From: Candidatus Omnitrophota bacterium
GTDB taxonomy: Bacteria > Omnitrophota > Gorgyraeia > Zapsychrales > Fredricksoniimonadaceae
Direction of reading: 5' to 3'
Length of the DNA stretch: 64,000 nucleotides
Assembly (NCBI GenBank): GCA_903908245.1
Contig: CAIVRE010000015.1
Coordinates: 5,468 to 69,467, forward strand
Numbering within the stretch: position 1 is the stretch's first letter; every line of letters starts with the position of its first letter. The notes below the pieces were generated by a model. It was not told the origin of the DNA, did no database searches, and saw nothing but the letters and a program-made list of their open reading frames with translations. The position numbers and the translations under genes are program-made. Positions 18,074-30,904 of this stretch are shown here, one piece after another.

Positions 18074-19525
18074 ATGGGCGAAGTCAAAGGATTCCTCAAG
18101 TATAAGCGTGAAGAATACACCAAAGAGCCGGTGAGCGGGCGGCTTAAGCACTGGAAAGAGTTCATCAGGCTTCCGGACGAGAAGGGATTGAAAGAGCAGG
18201 GCGGCCGTTGCATGGATTGCGGCGTTCCGTTCTGTCAGTGGGGTTGCCCTATCGGCAACATTATCCCGTCCTGGAATGACCTTGTGAACAAGGGCCAGTG
18301 GAAAGAGGCGATGGAGCGGCTGCACAAGACCAATAATTTTCCGGAGTTCACGGGCAGGGTCTGTCCGGCTCCGTGCGAGAATTCCTGCACCCTTGCCATC
18401 AATAATCCGGCGGTCACGATCAAGAATATTGAGCTTGCGATCATTGAGCGTGCTTATCAGGAAGGCTGGGTCAAGGCGGAACCGCCTAAAACGCGTACGG
18501 GAATGAAGGTGGCGATCGTTGGCGGCGGCCCGGCAGGTTTGGCTTGTGCCGATCAGCTCAATAAAAAAGGGCATAAGGTCACTGTTTACGAGAAAAACGA
18601 AGCGGTCGGAGGCCTTCTGACGCTGGGGATCCCGAATTTCAAGCTTGAAAAAGAGGTGGTTGCGCGCCGCGTTCAGCGGATGGAGCAGGAAGGGGTCGTT
18701 CTCAGGGCCGGAGTGAACGTTGGCGTGGATGTGGATCCGAATGAATTGCGCAAACAGCATGACGCGGTCGTGCTGTGCGGCGGGGCGGAATTACCCAGGG
18801 ATATTGCGGTCCCTGGACGGGAGTTGAAGGGGGTTTATTACGCGATGCAGTATCTCGCGCAGAAGACCCGTCTGGTCATGGGGACAAAGGTTGACGCGAG
18901 TGGCTTGATCGACGTCAAGGGCAAAAAGGTCGTTGTCCTGGGCGGGGGAGATACCGGTTCGGATTGTGTGGGGACGTCCAATCGTCTGGGAGCGGCATCG
19001 GTCCAGCAGTTCGAGCTTCTGGCCAAACCTCCGGCCGCGCGTGCCGGCGATAATCCCTGGCCGTATTGGGCGTTCATCCTGCGCACATCCACCTCGCATG
19101 AGGAAGGCTGTGAGCGCAATTATAATATCCTGACAAAGAAATTTTCAGGGGACGGGCACGGTAATTTGAAGAAACTTCACGGGGTTCGCCTGGACTGGTC
19201 AACCAGAGACGTGAACGGCCGTTCGGTGATGAAAGAGGTCCCGGGGTCGGAATTCGAGATCGACTGCGACCTTGTTTTCCTGGCGCTTGGATTTCTTGGC
19301 CCGGTCAAAGGCGGGTTGCTGGAAAAGATCGGCGTTGAGCTCGATGGCCGCGGGAATGTGAAGGCCGACGCGAATAAAATGACCTCTGTCCCCGGGGTTT
19401 TTACGGCGGGGGATATGACCCGGGGCCAGTCGCTGGTCGTCTGGGCTATCCAGGAAGGCCGTGCGGCGGCGGAAGGTGTGCATGCTTATTTGGTATCAAA
19501 AATGGCGAAGACGCAGGCAGGTTGA
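18074..19525 (+). CDS. gltD: Glutamate synthase small subunit
   Basis: RCMDCGVPFC, NNFPEFTGRVCPAPCE, GGGDTGSDC, RGQSLVVWAI. Confidence 0.97.
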   Translation: MGEVKGFLKYKREEYTKEPVSGRLKHWKEFIRLPDEKGLKEQGGRCMDCGVPFCQWGCPIGNIIPSWNDLVNKGQWKEAMERLHKTNNFPEFTGRVCPAPCENSCTLAINNPAVTIKNIELAIIERAYQEGWVKAEPPKTRTGMKVAIVGGGPAGLACADQLNKKGHKVTVYEKNEAVGGLLTLGIPNFKLEKEVVARRVQRMEQEGVVLRAGVNVGVDVDPNELRKQHDAVVLCGGAELPRDIAVPGRELKGVYYAMQYLAQKTRLVMGTKVDASGLIDVKGKKVVVLGGGDTGSDCVGTSNRLGAASVQQFELLAKPPAARAGDNPWPYWAFILRTSTSHEEGCERNYNILTKKFSGDGHGNLKKLHGVRLDWSTRDVNGRSVMKEVPGSEFEIDCDLVFLALGFLGPVKGGLLEKIGVELDGRGNVKADANKMTSVPGVFTAGDMTRGQSLVVWAIQEGRAAAEGVHAYLVSKMAKTQAG

Positions 19526-19547
19526 ATCAAACAAACGAGGTATTGTT

Positions 19548-20129
19548 ATGAGAAAAATGATGGCAGTTCTATTGATCGCCGGTCTGATCTTCACGGGTTG
19601 CGCGAAAAAAGAAGCTCCGGCTGCGTCCAGGACGCAATCCGCGGCGCGCAAACTTCTGGTGGAAGGCACCGTGTATCTTAAACAGGGAGACATCAAGGGC
19701 GCGGTGGGGAATTTTGCTGCGGCGATCAAGGTCGCGCCGGATGATTTTGAAGGGTATTTCATGCTCAGCGAGACGTTCGTTCATCTCAAGCAGTATCCGC
19801 AGGCGATCGCGGTCCTTTCAACGGCGGTGCATCAATTCCCGGAGAACGGGCTGGTGTATTACCTTTTGGCCGTGGCCTATGAGTCTGCGGAGCAGCCTTT
19901 GCCGGCGATCGTAGCGGCCCGCCGCAGTGTTGAGATCTTTAGCGCCAAAGGTGACCAGGACGGGGTCAAGCGTTCGGCGATCCTGCTGGCCGGGCTGATC
20001 GAGTCGGCCAAGAAGCAGTCCGAGGATATGGCAACAGCCAATGCGGCCAAGGATGCGGCCAATGCCGCGGCTCCGGCCAAGGTTGTGGCGCCGTCAGAAC
20101 CGTTGTCTGTTCCAGCGGTGAAGAAGTAA
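19548..20129 (+). CDS. TPR lipoprotein
   Basis: MRKMMAVLLIAGLIFTGC lipobox, GAGG RBS, TPR-like helices, Ala/Pro tail. Confidence 0.8.
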   Translation: MRKMMAVLLIAGLIFTGCAKKEAPAASRTQSAARKLLVEGTVYLKQGDIKGAVGNFAAAIKVAPDDFEGYFMLSETFVHLKQYPQAIAVLSTAVHQFPENGLVYYLLAVAYESAEQPLPAIVAARRSVEIFSAKGDQDGVKRSAILLAGLIESAKKQSEDMATANAAKDAANAAAPAKVVAPSEPLSVPAVKK

Positions 20130-20134
20130 GCGTA

Positions 20135-22693
20135 ATGGCCACGGGGCTGATACTTCTTCTGGTGTCTGCTTTATTGTTTGGTTGTTCATTTTCTAATATT
20201 ATTAATGTGAACGGGTTTTTCCTGGGGGGGTGGCTTATGGCCATCCCCCTTTTGTTTTTACTGGAGGGGAAAAGCTGGCGCACGCGCATAGTGCTGGGAT
20301 TGGGCTGGGGCGTACTGGCGCATGGATTGCTTATCTGGTGGCTCTTGCCGATATCGCCGGTGGGGTATTGTGTTTTTGTCCTTGCGCTGTCGCTGCAGGG
20401 CGCGATCTTTGGTGCGTTGATGGCCGGGGCTCTTCGCTGGCCGGAGACCGCCCGATTGTTCTATATCCCCTGTGCGTGGGTTGTCAGCGAATATTTACGC
20501 AACAGGACGCTGGGGGGTTTTACCTGGGGGCTGGGGGAATCCCAGGCCGGGGTTCCGTCGCTTATTCAGTCTGCCCGTTTTGGCGGCGTATATGCGGTCA
20601 GCTGGCTGATGGTTCTTTTTGCCGCAGCCTGTTATTTGCGTATCAAGCACAAAGGTGCGGGAGCGGTCAAAGACCCCCCGTCGCTGATGTTGGTTGTTTT
20701 TCCGCTGTGTGTCTGGATCGCGGGGGCGGCCGCCATGGCCATGGAGGATGTCCCGAAAGAACGCTCGCTGCGTGTGGTGCTGGTCCAGCCGAATATTTCA
20801 CGGGCCGAAAAAGCCAGCGCCTCCTTGTATAACGAGAATATGAACCGTCATCTGATCTTAAGCAAGAAAGGCGCACAGCAGGTCCGGCCGGACATCATCG
20901 TCTGGCCCGAGACCGCGTTCCCGGATGATATTATGCGTGATGCGCTCTGGCGGCCGAGGATGGAAACGGTGGCACGGAATTTCAATGCCTGGTTCATTTT
21001 CGGGTCCGCGCTTCTTTCGGATGACGGGCATGACCTTAACGCGGTATTATTTTTAGACCCGAAGGGGAAATGGCGGGATGTTTATTACAAGCGCTATCTG
21101 GTTCCTTTCACTGAATATTTGCCGGGGGACCGCGCGTCGGCATGGCTGGCCAGGGTCGGTGGGATGCAGAGTTATCATTTTTTGCCTGGCCAGCGCCGGG
21201 GGATGGCTTATCTGGACGGCCCGAATGTGGTGGTGGGGGCTGTGATCTGTTCGGAGGAGGCGTATCCGGCCCTTTTCAGGGATCTGGCGCAAAACGATGC
21301 CGGGGTTTTTATCGGAGTACTTAACGACGGGTGGTTCACGCGCCCGGAAGCGTTGATGCTGCACGCGGAGATGGCGGTATTCCGTGCGGTTGAGACCGGC
21401 CGGCCGCTGGTGCGTGCGGCCAATACCGGCTGGAGCGCCGGGATCGACAGCCGGGGCCGTGCAATAAGAACGGCCGTGTTGCAGTCGCCTGGCTGGGTGG
21501 CGGTCGATGTCCATCCCGGGAAAGGGCGAACATTGTATGTAAGATTTGGCGATGTTTTTGTGTGGCTCTGTGCCGGGTTTGTTATAATTATTCTTATGGG
21601 AAAACGAAGATCGGGATGCCTTGGGCTTGTTCTGCTGGCGCTTGTGCTGCCGGCGTCTGATGCCGGCGCGGCGGCGGCGGTCCAGCGTCGGGCCCAGCAG
21701 CAGAAACAGATGCAGGCCCAGCAGATTCAGCAGTACCAGCAGCAATTGCAGCAACAGCAGTATCAGCAGTATCAGCAGCAGCTGGCGGAACAGCAGCAGG
21801 CCCAGCAGGTGGCGGCGTATAAGCAGGCAGCCGCCCAAAAAGCCGCCGAGGAGTACGCCGCGCAGAAGCAGGCCATGGAAGCGGCTGTTGCTAAAAAGCA
21901 GGCGGAACAGCAGGCCGCTCAAGTTGTGACGGCGGTGGCACAAGATCAGGCCCAGCAGGTCTCCCAGTATCAACAGGCGGTGGCGAGCAATAATGTGGCG
22001 GCCATGGTCGCCTATAAGCAGGCCCAGCAGGTCAAGGCCTATCAGGACGCGCAGGCCCAGGCGCAGTTGAACGGTGATATCAAGCAGTATGCCGAATATA
22101 CGATGAAGCGTAACGCCCTGATGCAGGCCCAGGCGGCCCAGGCGGCGCAGGAGGAGACGGATCGGCAGTTATTGACCCAGGCGGCGTATCAGAAAACGGC
22201 GGTCATGAAAAAACGATCGGAGCTTAACGCCGCCTATCAGGAGGATGTCCGCCGCCGGATGGGAAAACAGCTGCAGGATACGGTCATGGCCCCCCGGGCG
22301 GCGGAAGGCGCGGCGGCGGACAGCGCAGCAGCCCCCGCTCCCGAAACGACGGTTGGCCTCGAAGAGCTTTGGGCCGCGCTGGATCATTCGGCCCGTCCGT
22401 GGGTCAAGATCGTGGACCGGGAGATCAAGCTTTTGACGGTCTCGCAATTTATTGACCGGTTCCGCAAGGGCGGTATTGTTATCAGCCACTCTCCGGGTGA
22501 GTATGTCGGGAAGATCGATTCCGTTGCGGCGGGCACTCCGGAGATGCTCAATTCGCCGTTCGGGAACCTGCTCAGTTACGTTGCCATTATGGATTATGAT
22601 TTTGAGAACGGGCAGAACAAGGATGAGCTGGCCCGTCAGGTGCTGGGCGATGCCAATTTCTGGTCCAATAAACGCCGGTTGCAGCGCAAATGA
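20135..22693 (+). CDS. lnt: Apolipoprotein N-acyltransferase fused in frame to a Gln/Ala-rich coiled-coil region and a C-terminal globular domain
   Basis: QPNI, WPETA, KRYLVPFTEY, ICSEE, NDGWF, RAANTG in the first 487 aa; 365-aa extension from Met at 21596. Confidence 0.85.
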   Translation: MATGLILLLVSALLFGCSFSNIINVNGFFLGGWLMAIPLLFLLEGKSWRTRIVLGLGWGVLAHGLLIWWLLPISPVGYCVFVLALSLQGAIFGALMAGALRWPETARLFYIPCAWVVSEYLRNRTLGGFTWGLGESQAGVPSLIQSARFGGVYAVSWLMVLFAAACYLRIKHKGAGAVKDPPSLMLVVFPLCVWIAGAAAMAMEDVPKERSLRVVLVQPNISRAEKASASLYNENMNRHLILSKKGAQQVRPDIIVWPETAFPDDIMRDALWRPRMETVARNFNAWFIFGSALLSDDGHDLNAVLFLDPKGKWRDVYYKRYLVPFTEYLPGDRASAWLARVGGMQSYHFLPGQRRGMAYLDGPNVVVGAVICSEEAYPALFRDLAQNDAGVFIGVLNDGWFTRPEALMLHAEMAVFRAVETGRPLVRAANTGWSAGIDSRGRAIRTAVLQSPGWVAVDVHPGKGRTLYVRFGDVFVWLCAGFVIIILMGKRRSGCLGLVLLALVLPASDAGAAAAVQRRAQQQKQMQAQQIQQYQQQLQQQQYQQYQQQLAEQQQAQQVAAYKQAAAQKAAEEYAAQKQAMEAAVAKKQAEQQAAQVVTAVAQDQAQQVSQYQQAVASNNVAAMVAYKQAQQVKAYQDAQAQAQLNGDIKQYAEYTMKRNALMQAQAAQAAQEETDRQLLTQAAYQKTAVMKKRSELNAAYQEDVRRRMGKQLQDTVMAPRAAEGAAADSAAAPAPETTVGLEELWAALDHSARPWVKIVDREIKLLTVSQFIDRFRKGGIVISHSPGEYVGKIDSVAAGTPEMLNSPFGNLLSYVAIMDYDFENGQNKDELARQVLGDANFWSNKRRLQRK

Positions 22694-22722
22694 CCGATGG
22701 ATTTTCTTCCATGGCACTCATC

Positions 22723-22750
22723 TTGACATAACAATAAAGGGTGTTATAGT
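22723..22750 (+). promoter_or_regulatory. Sigma70 promoter of carAB-purF-pyrG
   Basis: TTGACA-16nt-TATAGT with extended -10 TG. Confidence 0.7.
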
Positions 22751-22803
22751 AATGCAGGTTTTTGAATGAATTTCCCGTCACAATTCCATAAAGAACAGCT
22801 GTA

Positions 22804-23895
22804 ATGAACAAAGCGGTCCTTACCCTCGAAGATGGCAAGTGTTTTTACGGGCGGTCTCTCAATATCCACGGAGAATCGGCCGGTGAAGTTGTTTTTAATA
22901 CCGCGTTGTCCGGGTATCAGGAAGTCCTCACCGATCCGTCCTATGCCGGGCAGATCGTGGTGATGACCTATCCCTTGATCGGCAATTATGGTGTTAACGA
23001 TGAAGATGTCGAATCTTCCAGGATCCATGTGAAAGGTTTTGTCGTCAAGGAGTTCTGCCGCACCCATTCCAATTTCCGCGCTAAAAAGAGCCTGATCCAG
23101 TATCTTGACGAGAATAATATTATCGGTATTGAAGGGGTTGATACGCGCGCGTTGACCCGCCATTTGCGCCTTTCCGGTGCGATGAAAGGCCTTATTTCGA
23201 CCGAGGACTTCGATCCAAAGAGCCTGAAAGCGAAGCTGGCCAAGGTCCCGTCCATGGAAGGTGCGGACTGGGTCAGGGAAGTGGCGTGTAAAAAGGCGTA
23301 TGTCTGGAAGGCCGAAGGGCAGAGGAAATACAGGGTCACGGCGATCGACTGCGGGATCAAGTTGAATATCCTGCGCGAAATGGCCAAGCTTGGCATTGAA
23401 ACTTCCGTGGTTCCGCCGACGACAGGCGCGGCGGAGATCCTGGCCGCATCACCGGACGGGATATTCCTGGCCAATGGCCCCGGAGACCCGGCCGCGGTCA
23501 CCAATGTCATTGCGACGGTCAAAGAGCTTGTCGGCAAGAAGCCGATCTTCGGTATTTGCCTTGGGAACCAGATGATCGGGCTTGCGCTGGGTGGCCGTAC
23601 GTATAAGCTCAAGTTCGGACATCACGGGTGCAACCATCCGGTCAAGGACCTTGAGACCGGGCGCATCAGCATTACGTCGCAGAATCACGGGTTTTGCGTG
23701 GACATCAACAGCCTTGATAAAGACGAGGTCGAGGCGATCCATATCAATCTTAACGACAAGACGGTCGAGGGGTTGCGGCACAAGAAATATCCGCTGTTTT
23801 CCGTTCAGTATCATCCGGAAGCGGCCCCGGGCCCGAATGACGCGAAATATCTTTTTGGTCAATTTATCGAAATGATGGAAAAACATAAAAATTAA
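22804..23895 (+). CDS. carA: Carbamoyl-phosphate synthase small subunit
   Basis: GEVVFNT, NGPGDP, GICLG, QYHPEA. Confidence 0.97.
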   Translation: MNKAVLTLEDGKCFYGRSLNIHGESAGEVVFNTALSGYQEVLTDPSYAGQIVVMTYPLIGNYGVNDEDVESSRIHVKGFVVKEFCRTHSNFRAKKSLIQYLDENNIIGIEGVDTRALTRHLRLSGAMKGLISTEDFDPKSLKAKLAKVPSMEGADWVREVACKKAYVWKAEGQRKYRVTAIDCGIKLNILREMAKLGIETSVVPPTTGAAEILAASPDGIFLANGPGDPAAVTNVIATVKELVGKKPIFGICLGNQMIGLALGGRTYKLKFGHHGCNHPVKDLETGRISITSQNHGFCVDINSLDKDEVEAIHINLNDKTVEGLRHKKYPLFSVQYHPEAAPGPNDAKYLFGQFIEMMEKHKN

Positions 23896-26800
23896 ATGCC
23901 AAAACGCACCGATATAAACAAGATCTTGCTTATTGGCTCCGGCCCGATCGTTATCGGCCAGGCCTGTGAGTTCGATTATTCCGGGACCCAGGCGTGTAAA
24001 GCGCTCAGGGAAGAGGGCTACGAGATCGTGCTGGTGAATTCGAATCCGGCCACGATCATGACCGATCCGGAGACGGCCCCGCATACGTATATCGAGCCGC
24101 TCAATGTTGAGTTCCTGGAGAAGATCATTGCCCTGGAGCGCCCGCAGGCCATCCTGCCGACACTGGGCGGGCAGACGGGCCTGAACCTGGCGGTCGAGCT
24201 GTGGGAAAAAGGCATTCTGGCGAAATATCAGGTTGAAATGCTTGGCGCGAAGTATGAGGTCATCAAAAAGGCCGAGGACCGCAAGCAGTTCAAGCAGGTG
24301 TGCCAGAGCATCGGGCTCGACCTGCCGCGCAGCTCGTTTGCGTACACTCTGGATGAAGCGCGTGAAGTCGTTAAAGAGATCGGTTTTCCCTGTATTATCC
24401 GTTCGAGCTTCACGCTGGGAGGGACAGGGGGGTCCATTGTTTATTCCAAGGACGAGTTCGACGTCAAGGCCCAGCGCGGCATTGACAGCAGTATTATTTC
24501 CGAGATCCTCATCGAAGAATCGATCGAGGGGTGGAAGGAGTACGAGCTTGAGGTCATGCGGGACAACAAGGATAATGTTGTTATCGTTTGTTCTATCGAG
24601 AACATGGACCCGATGGGCGTGCATACCGGGGATTCCATTACTGTGGCCCCTGCCCAGACGCTGACCGACCGCGAGTATCAGCAGATGCGCGACCAGTCGC
24701 TGGCGCTCATCCGTGCGATCGGGGTCGAGACCGGCGGGTCGAATATCCAGTTCGCGGTCCATCCGAAGACCGGCCGGATGGTCGTGATCGAGATGAATCC
24801 GCGCGTGTCGCGCTCTTCGGCGCTGGCCTCCAAGGCGACCGGTTTTCCGATCGCCAAATTTGCGGCCAAGCTGGCGGTGGGGTATTCGCTGGACGAGATC
24901 CAGAACGACATTACCCGCGAAACACCGGCGTCCTTCGAGCCGACCATTGATTATTGCGTGACCAAGATCCCCCGGTTCACGTTCGAGAAATTCCCCGAAG
25001 CCCAGGACATCCTCGGCATTCAGATGAAATCGGTCGGCGAGACCATGGCCATCGGCCGGACGTTCAAGGAGTCACTGCAGAAGGGCCTGCGGGGCCTGGA
25101 GATCCATCACATCGGGTTTGACAACAAGGCCGATTACCGTAATATCGAGGAAGAAAAAGTCTTGAAACGCCTGCGCGAGCCGAACGCGTCGCGGATATTT
25201 TATATCAAGTATGCCCTTCAGCGCGGGATGACCGTCGATCAGGTGGTCGAGATCACGCGCATGGACATCTGGTTCATTGCCCAGATGAAACAGCTTCTGG
25301 ATTTCGAGAATGAAATGATCGCCGAGTTCGCGGCGACAAAAATGCTGTCGGACCAGGCCTTGCGGCAGGCCAAGGAGTGGGGCTTTTCCGATCCGCAGCT
25401 GGCGGAGATCATGGATTGCTCCGAGAGCGCGGTGCGCACCCTGCGCAAGCAAAAGGGTATTGTGGCGACATTCAAGGTCGTGGATACCTGCGCGGCGGAG
25501 TTTGAGGCGTATACGCCGTATTTTTATTCCACCTATGAGACCGAGGATGAAGCGATCCTGCAGAATGAAAAGATCTCGAAAGCCAAGGGGGCTGACCGTA
25601 AGAAGATCATGATCCTCGGCGGTGGGCCGAACCGCATCGGCCAGGGCATTGAATTCGATTATTGCTGTTGCCACGCGTCATTCGCGCTCAAGGAGCGGGG
25701 TTTTGAGACTATTATGGTCAATTCCAACCCGGAGACGGTTTCGACCGATTACGACACGTCCGACCGCCTGTATTTTGAGCCGCTGACCTTTGAAGATGTG
25801 ATGAATATCATGGATGTCGAGAAGCCGGACGGCGTTATTGTCCAGTTCGGCGGACAGACACCGCTGAACCTTGCCCGCCGCCTGCAGCAGGCCGGCGCGC
25901 CTATTATCGGCACCAGTGTTGATTCGATCGATGCCGCCGAGAACCGCGAGAAATTCGCCGCGCTGATGGACGAATTGAAGATCGCCCAGCCCAACAACGC
26001 TACGGCGACGACGGTGGAAGAGACGGCGGCCGCGGCGCTGCGCGTGGGGTATCCGGTGCTGGTGCGCCCGTCCTATGTCCTGGGCGGCCGTGCGATGCGC
26101 ATTGTTTACGATGAAGAGTCCCTGATGTCGTTCATTGACGAGATCACGGATGTTTCCCGCGGCCATCCGATCCTGATCGATAAGTTCATCGAAGACGCCA
26201 TGGAAGTGGATGTTGACGCCGTCTGCGACGGGGAGCAGGTTTATGTCGCGGGCATTATGGAGCATATTGAGAACGCGGGGATCCATTCGGGCGATTCCGC
26301 CTGTGTCCTGCCGCCGCATACGCTCAGTGAAGAGATATTGGCCGAGATCAAGGAAAACACCCGCCGTATCGCGCTGGCGCTCAAGGTCATTGGCCTGCTG
26401 AATATCCAGTTCGCGATCAAGGGCGAGAAAGTCCTGATCCTTGAGGTCAATCCGCGCGCGTCGCGCACCGTGCCGTTCGTATCGAAAGCGATCGGCGTGC
26501 CTTTGGCTAAAATGGCCGCACGCATTATGACCGGCGAGAAGCTGACAGGGTTTAAATTGCCCGATATTGACCGTTTGGGGATGGTGGCGGTCAAGGAATG
26601 TGTCCTGCCTTTTTCCCGTTTTTCGGGAGTGGATATCATCCTGGGTCCCGAAATGAAGTCCACCGGCGAGGTGATGGGGATGGCGCCTACGTTCGGCGCG
26701 GCCTATGCCAAAAGCCAGATGGCGGCCAATCAGGGGCTGCCGAAGAAGGGCGGCGTTTTTATCAGTGTCAACGAGAATGACAAGCGCGCCATTGCTTTTA

Positions 26801-27150
26801 TGGCCAAGCGCCTGCACGACCTCGGGTTCAAATTGTTCGCGACCAAAGGGACTGCGAAAGTCCTTCGGACAAGCGGAGTTGCTGTTACACTGGTGGACAA
26901 GACCGGGGAAGGGCATAACAACATTTTGACGCTGATCCTGAAAGACGAGATCAATCTGGTCATCAATACGCCATCGGGCAAAAAAAGCCAGTTCGACTTG
27001 CGCAAGATCCGCGCGGCGGCGATCCTGCATAATATCCCTTGCATTACGACCATCCAGGGCGCGGCGGCGGCGATCCATGGTATCGAGGCGAGTTTAAAAG
27101 AAGGCTTCACGGTCGAGTCGCTCCAGAGTTACTATCAGAGATGTCCCTAA
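23896..27150 (+). CDS. carB: Carbamoyl-phosphate synthase large subunit
   Basis: [27 protein letters not shown], duplicated ATP-grasp domains, MGS domain. Confidence 0.98.
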   Translation: MPKRTDINKILLIGSGPIVIGQACEFDYSGTQACKALREEGYEIVLVNSNPATIMTDPETAPHTYIEPLNVEFLEKIIALERPQAILPTLGGQTGLNLAVELWEKGILAKYQVEMLGAKYEVIKKAEDRKQFKQVCQSIGLDLPRSSFAYTLDEAREVVKEIGFPCIIRSSFTLGGTGGSIVYSKDEFDVKAQRGIDSSIISEILIEESIEGWKEYELEVMRDNKDNVVIVCSIENMDPMGVHTGDSITVAPAQTLTDREYQQMRDQSLALIRAIGVETGGSNIQFAVHPKTGRMVVIEMNPRVSRSSALASKATGFPIAKFAAKLAVGYSLDEIQNDITRETPASFEPTIDYCVTKIPRFTFEKFPEAQDILGIQMKSVGETMAIGRTFKESLQKGLRGLEIHHIGFDNKADYRNIEEEKVLKRLREPNASRIFYIKYALQRGMTVDQVVEITRMDIWFIAQMKQLLDFENEMIAEFAATKMLSDQALRQAKEWGFSDPQLAEIMDCSESAVRTLRKQKGIVATFKVVDTCAAEFEAYTPYFYSTYETEDEAILQNEKISKAKGADRKKIMILGGGPNRIGQGIEFDYCCCHASFALKERGFETIMVNSNPETVSTDYDTSDRLYFEPLTFEDVMNIMDVEKPDGVIVQFGGQTPLNLARRLQQAGAPIIGTSVDSIDAAENREKFAALMDELKIAQPNNATATTVEETAAAALRVGYPVLVRPSYVLGGRAMRIVYDEESLMSFIDEITDVSRGHPILIDKFIEDAMEVDVDAVCDGEQVYVAGIMEHIENAGIHSGDSACVLPPHTLSEEILAEIKENTRRIALALKVIGLLNIQFAIKGEKVLILEVNPRASRTVPFVSKAIGVPLAKMAARIMTGEKLTGFKLPDIDRLGMVAVKECVLPFSRFSGVDIILGPEMKSTGEVMGMAPTFGAAYAKSQMAANQGLPKKGGVFISVNENDKRAIAFMAKRLHDLGFKLFATKGTAKVLRTSGVAVTLVDKTGEGHNNILTLILKDEINLVINTPSGKKSQFDLRKIRAAAILHNIPCITTIQGAAAAIHGIEASLKEGFTVESLQSYYQRCP

Positions 27151-27169
27151 AAGGGTAAGGCGTGCGCGT

Positions 27170-30150
<2,981 letters not shown>

Positions 30151-30170
30151 GTCTTTGTATACATGTTCGT

Positions 30171-30203
30171 ATGGGCCGAGCTTGTCTCGGCCCGTTGTTC
30201 TTA
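30171..30203 (+). terminator. Probable terminator after pyrG
   Basis: gggccgag / ctcggccc stem plus T-rich tail. Confidence 0.65.
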
Positions 30204-30226
30204 TTGTCTGATCTTTGCAATGTAAC

Positions 30227-30324
30227 GGGCTGCAGGATTCACCCCAATGCTAGGAAGCCTCATCCTTATCTAATAAGGGTAGTAGGCTGAGTCTTCAACC
30301 GCATTGGGGTAAATCCTTCCGCCC
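30227..30324. repeat. ~100-nt nested palindrome (small mobile palindromic element or structured RNA)
   Basis: aggattcaccccaatgc / gcattggggtaaatcct (16/17), inner agcct/aggct and ccttat/ataagg. Confidence 0.65.
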
Positions 30325-30359
30325 TAACGAAAGTGCATGTAGCTCGCCTTTCGAATTTC

Positions 30360-30387
30360 TTGACACTTGTTCGAACTGTGCTAATAT
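30360..30387 (+). promoter_or_regulatory. Sigma70-type promoter upstream of the repeat array and tRNA-Leu
   Basis: TTGACA-16nt-TAATAT with extended -10 TG. Confidence 0.55.
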
Positions 30388-30397
30388 TCTGCCTCGC

Positions 30398-30423
30398 TGT
30401 CATCCCGAACGAAGTGAGGGATC
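30398..30423. repeat. REP-like short palindrome
   Basis: tgtcatcccgaacgaagtgagggatc resembles the GTCATCCnGAGCGAAGCGAnGGATC type of extragenic palindrome. Confidence 0.5.
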
Positions 30424-30433
30424 GCAAAGTTTC

Positions 30434-30705
30434 ATTGTTATTTGAATATGATTGATTTTTCGGATCTTATGGTGGTGCAATGCTTCTTTTCGTATTTATT
30501 AGGATAGGAATCATTCGATTTATTGTTATTTGAATATTATCGATCTTTCGGACCTTAGGGTGGTGCTATGATCCCTACCTTCTGTTTTTATTAGGTAATA
30601 AATTGTTTCGTGGGGATGGGATATAAATAGTTTTTTGGGATCTTATGGTGGTGTTATGCTTCCTTCCTTCTTTTTTTATTAGAAAAGGAAGCATTCCACC
30701 ACCCG
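30434..30705. repeat. Three degenerate tandem repeats with 88-bp period plus one inverted copy of the core
   Basis: Core GGAYCTTAKGGTGGTGYWATG with GGTGGTG at 30471, 30559 and 30647; inverted copy at 30685-30703. Confidence 0.8.
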
Positions 30706-30736
30706 AAGCAAGCAATATACAGAATATATACTACAC

Positions 30737-30820
30737 GCGCGGGTGGTGAAATGGTAGACACGTACGTTTGAGGGGCGTATGCCGCAAGGTATGAGGGTTC
30801 AAGTCCCTCCCCGCGCACCA
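30737..30820 (+). tRNA. tRNA-Leu(GAG)
   Basis: GCGCGGG/CCCGCGC acceptor, TACGT-TTGAGGG-GCGTA anticodon arm, long variable arm, TTCAAGT, CCA. Confidence 0.97.
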
Positions 30821-30828
30821 TTTGAGAG

Positions 30829-30888
30829 AACCGGGACACAATGCATTTTTTAGGATTTTTATAAAAATGTAATGTGTCCCGGTTTTTT
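30829..30888 (+). terminator. Long hairpin/terminator after tRNA-Leu
   Basis: aaccgggacaca / tgtgtcccggtt 12-bp stem, extended inner pairing, T-run. Confidence 0.65.
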
Positions 30889-30904
30889 GTGTAAAATAAT
30901 GCCT

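Noticed and set aside
16033-18213. 726-aa minus-strand ORF, and similar long ones at 23449-24762, 25678-27078 and 42072-43793
   Set aside because: Antisense shadows of gltB, carAB and glmS expected from GC-biased codon usage; no recognisable motifs.
21690-21800. CAG-rich tract as a microsatellite
   Set aside because: Interrupted by CAA, TAT and other codons; reflects the Gln-rich protein.
30434-30690. Possible CRISPR array
   Set aside because: Repeats are degenerate, the intervening sequences resemble one another, and there are no cas genes.
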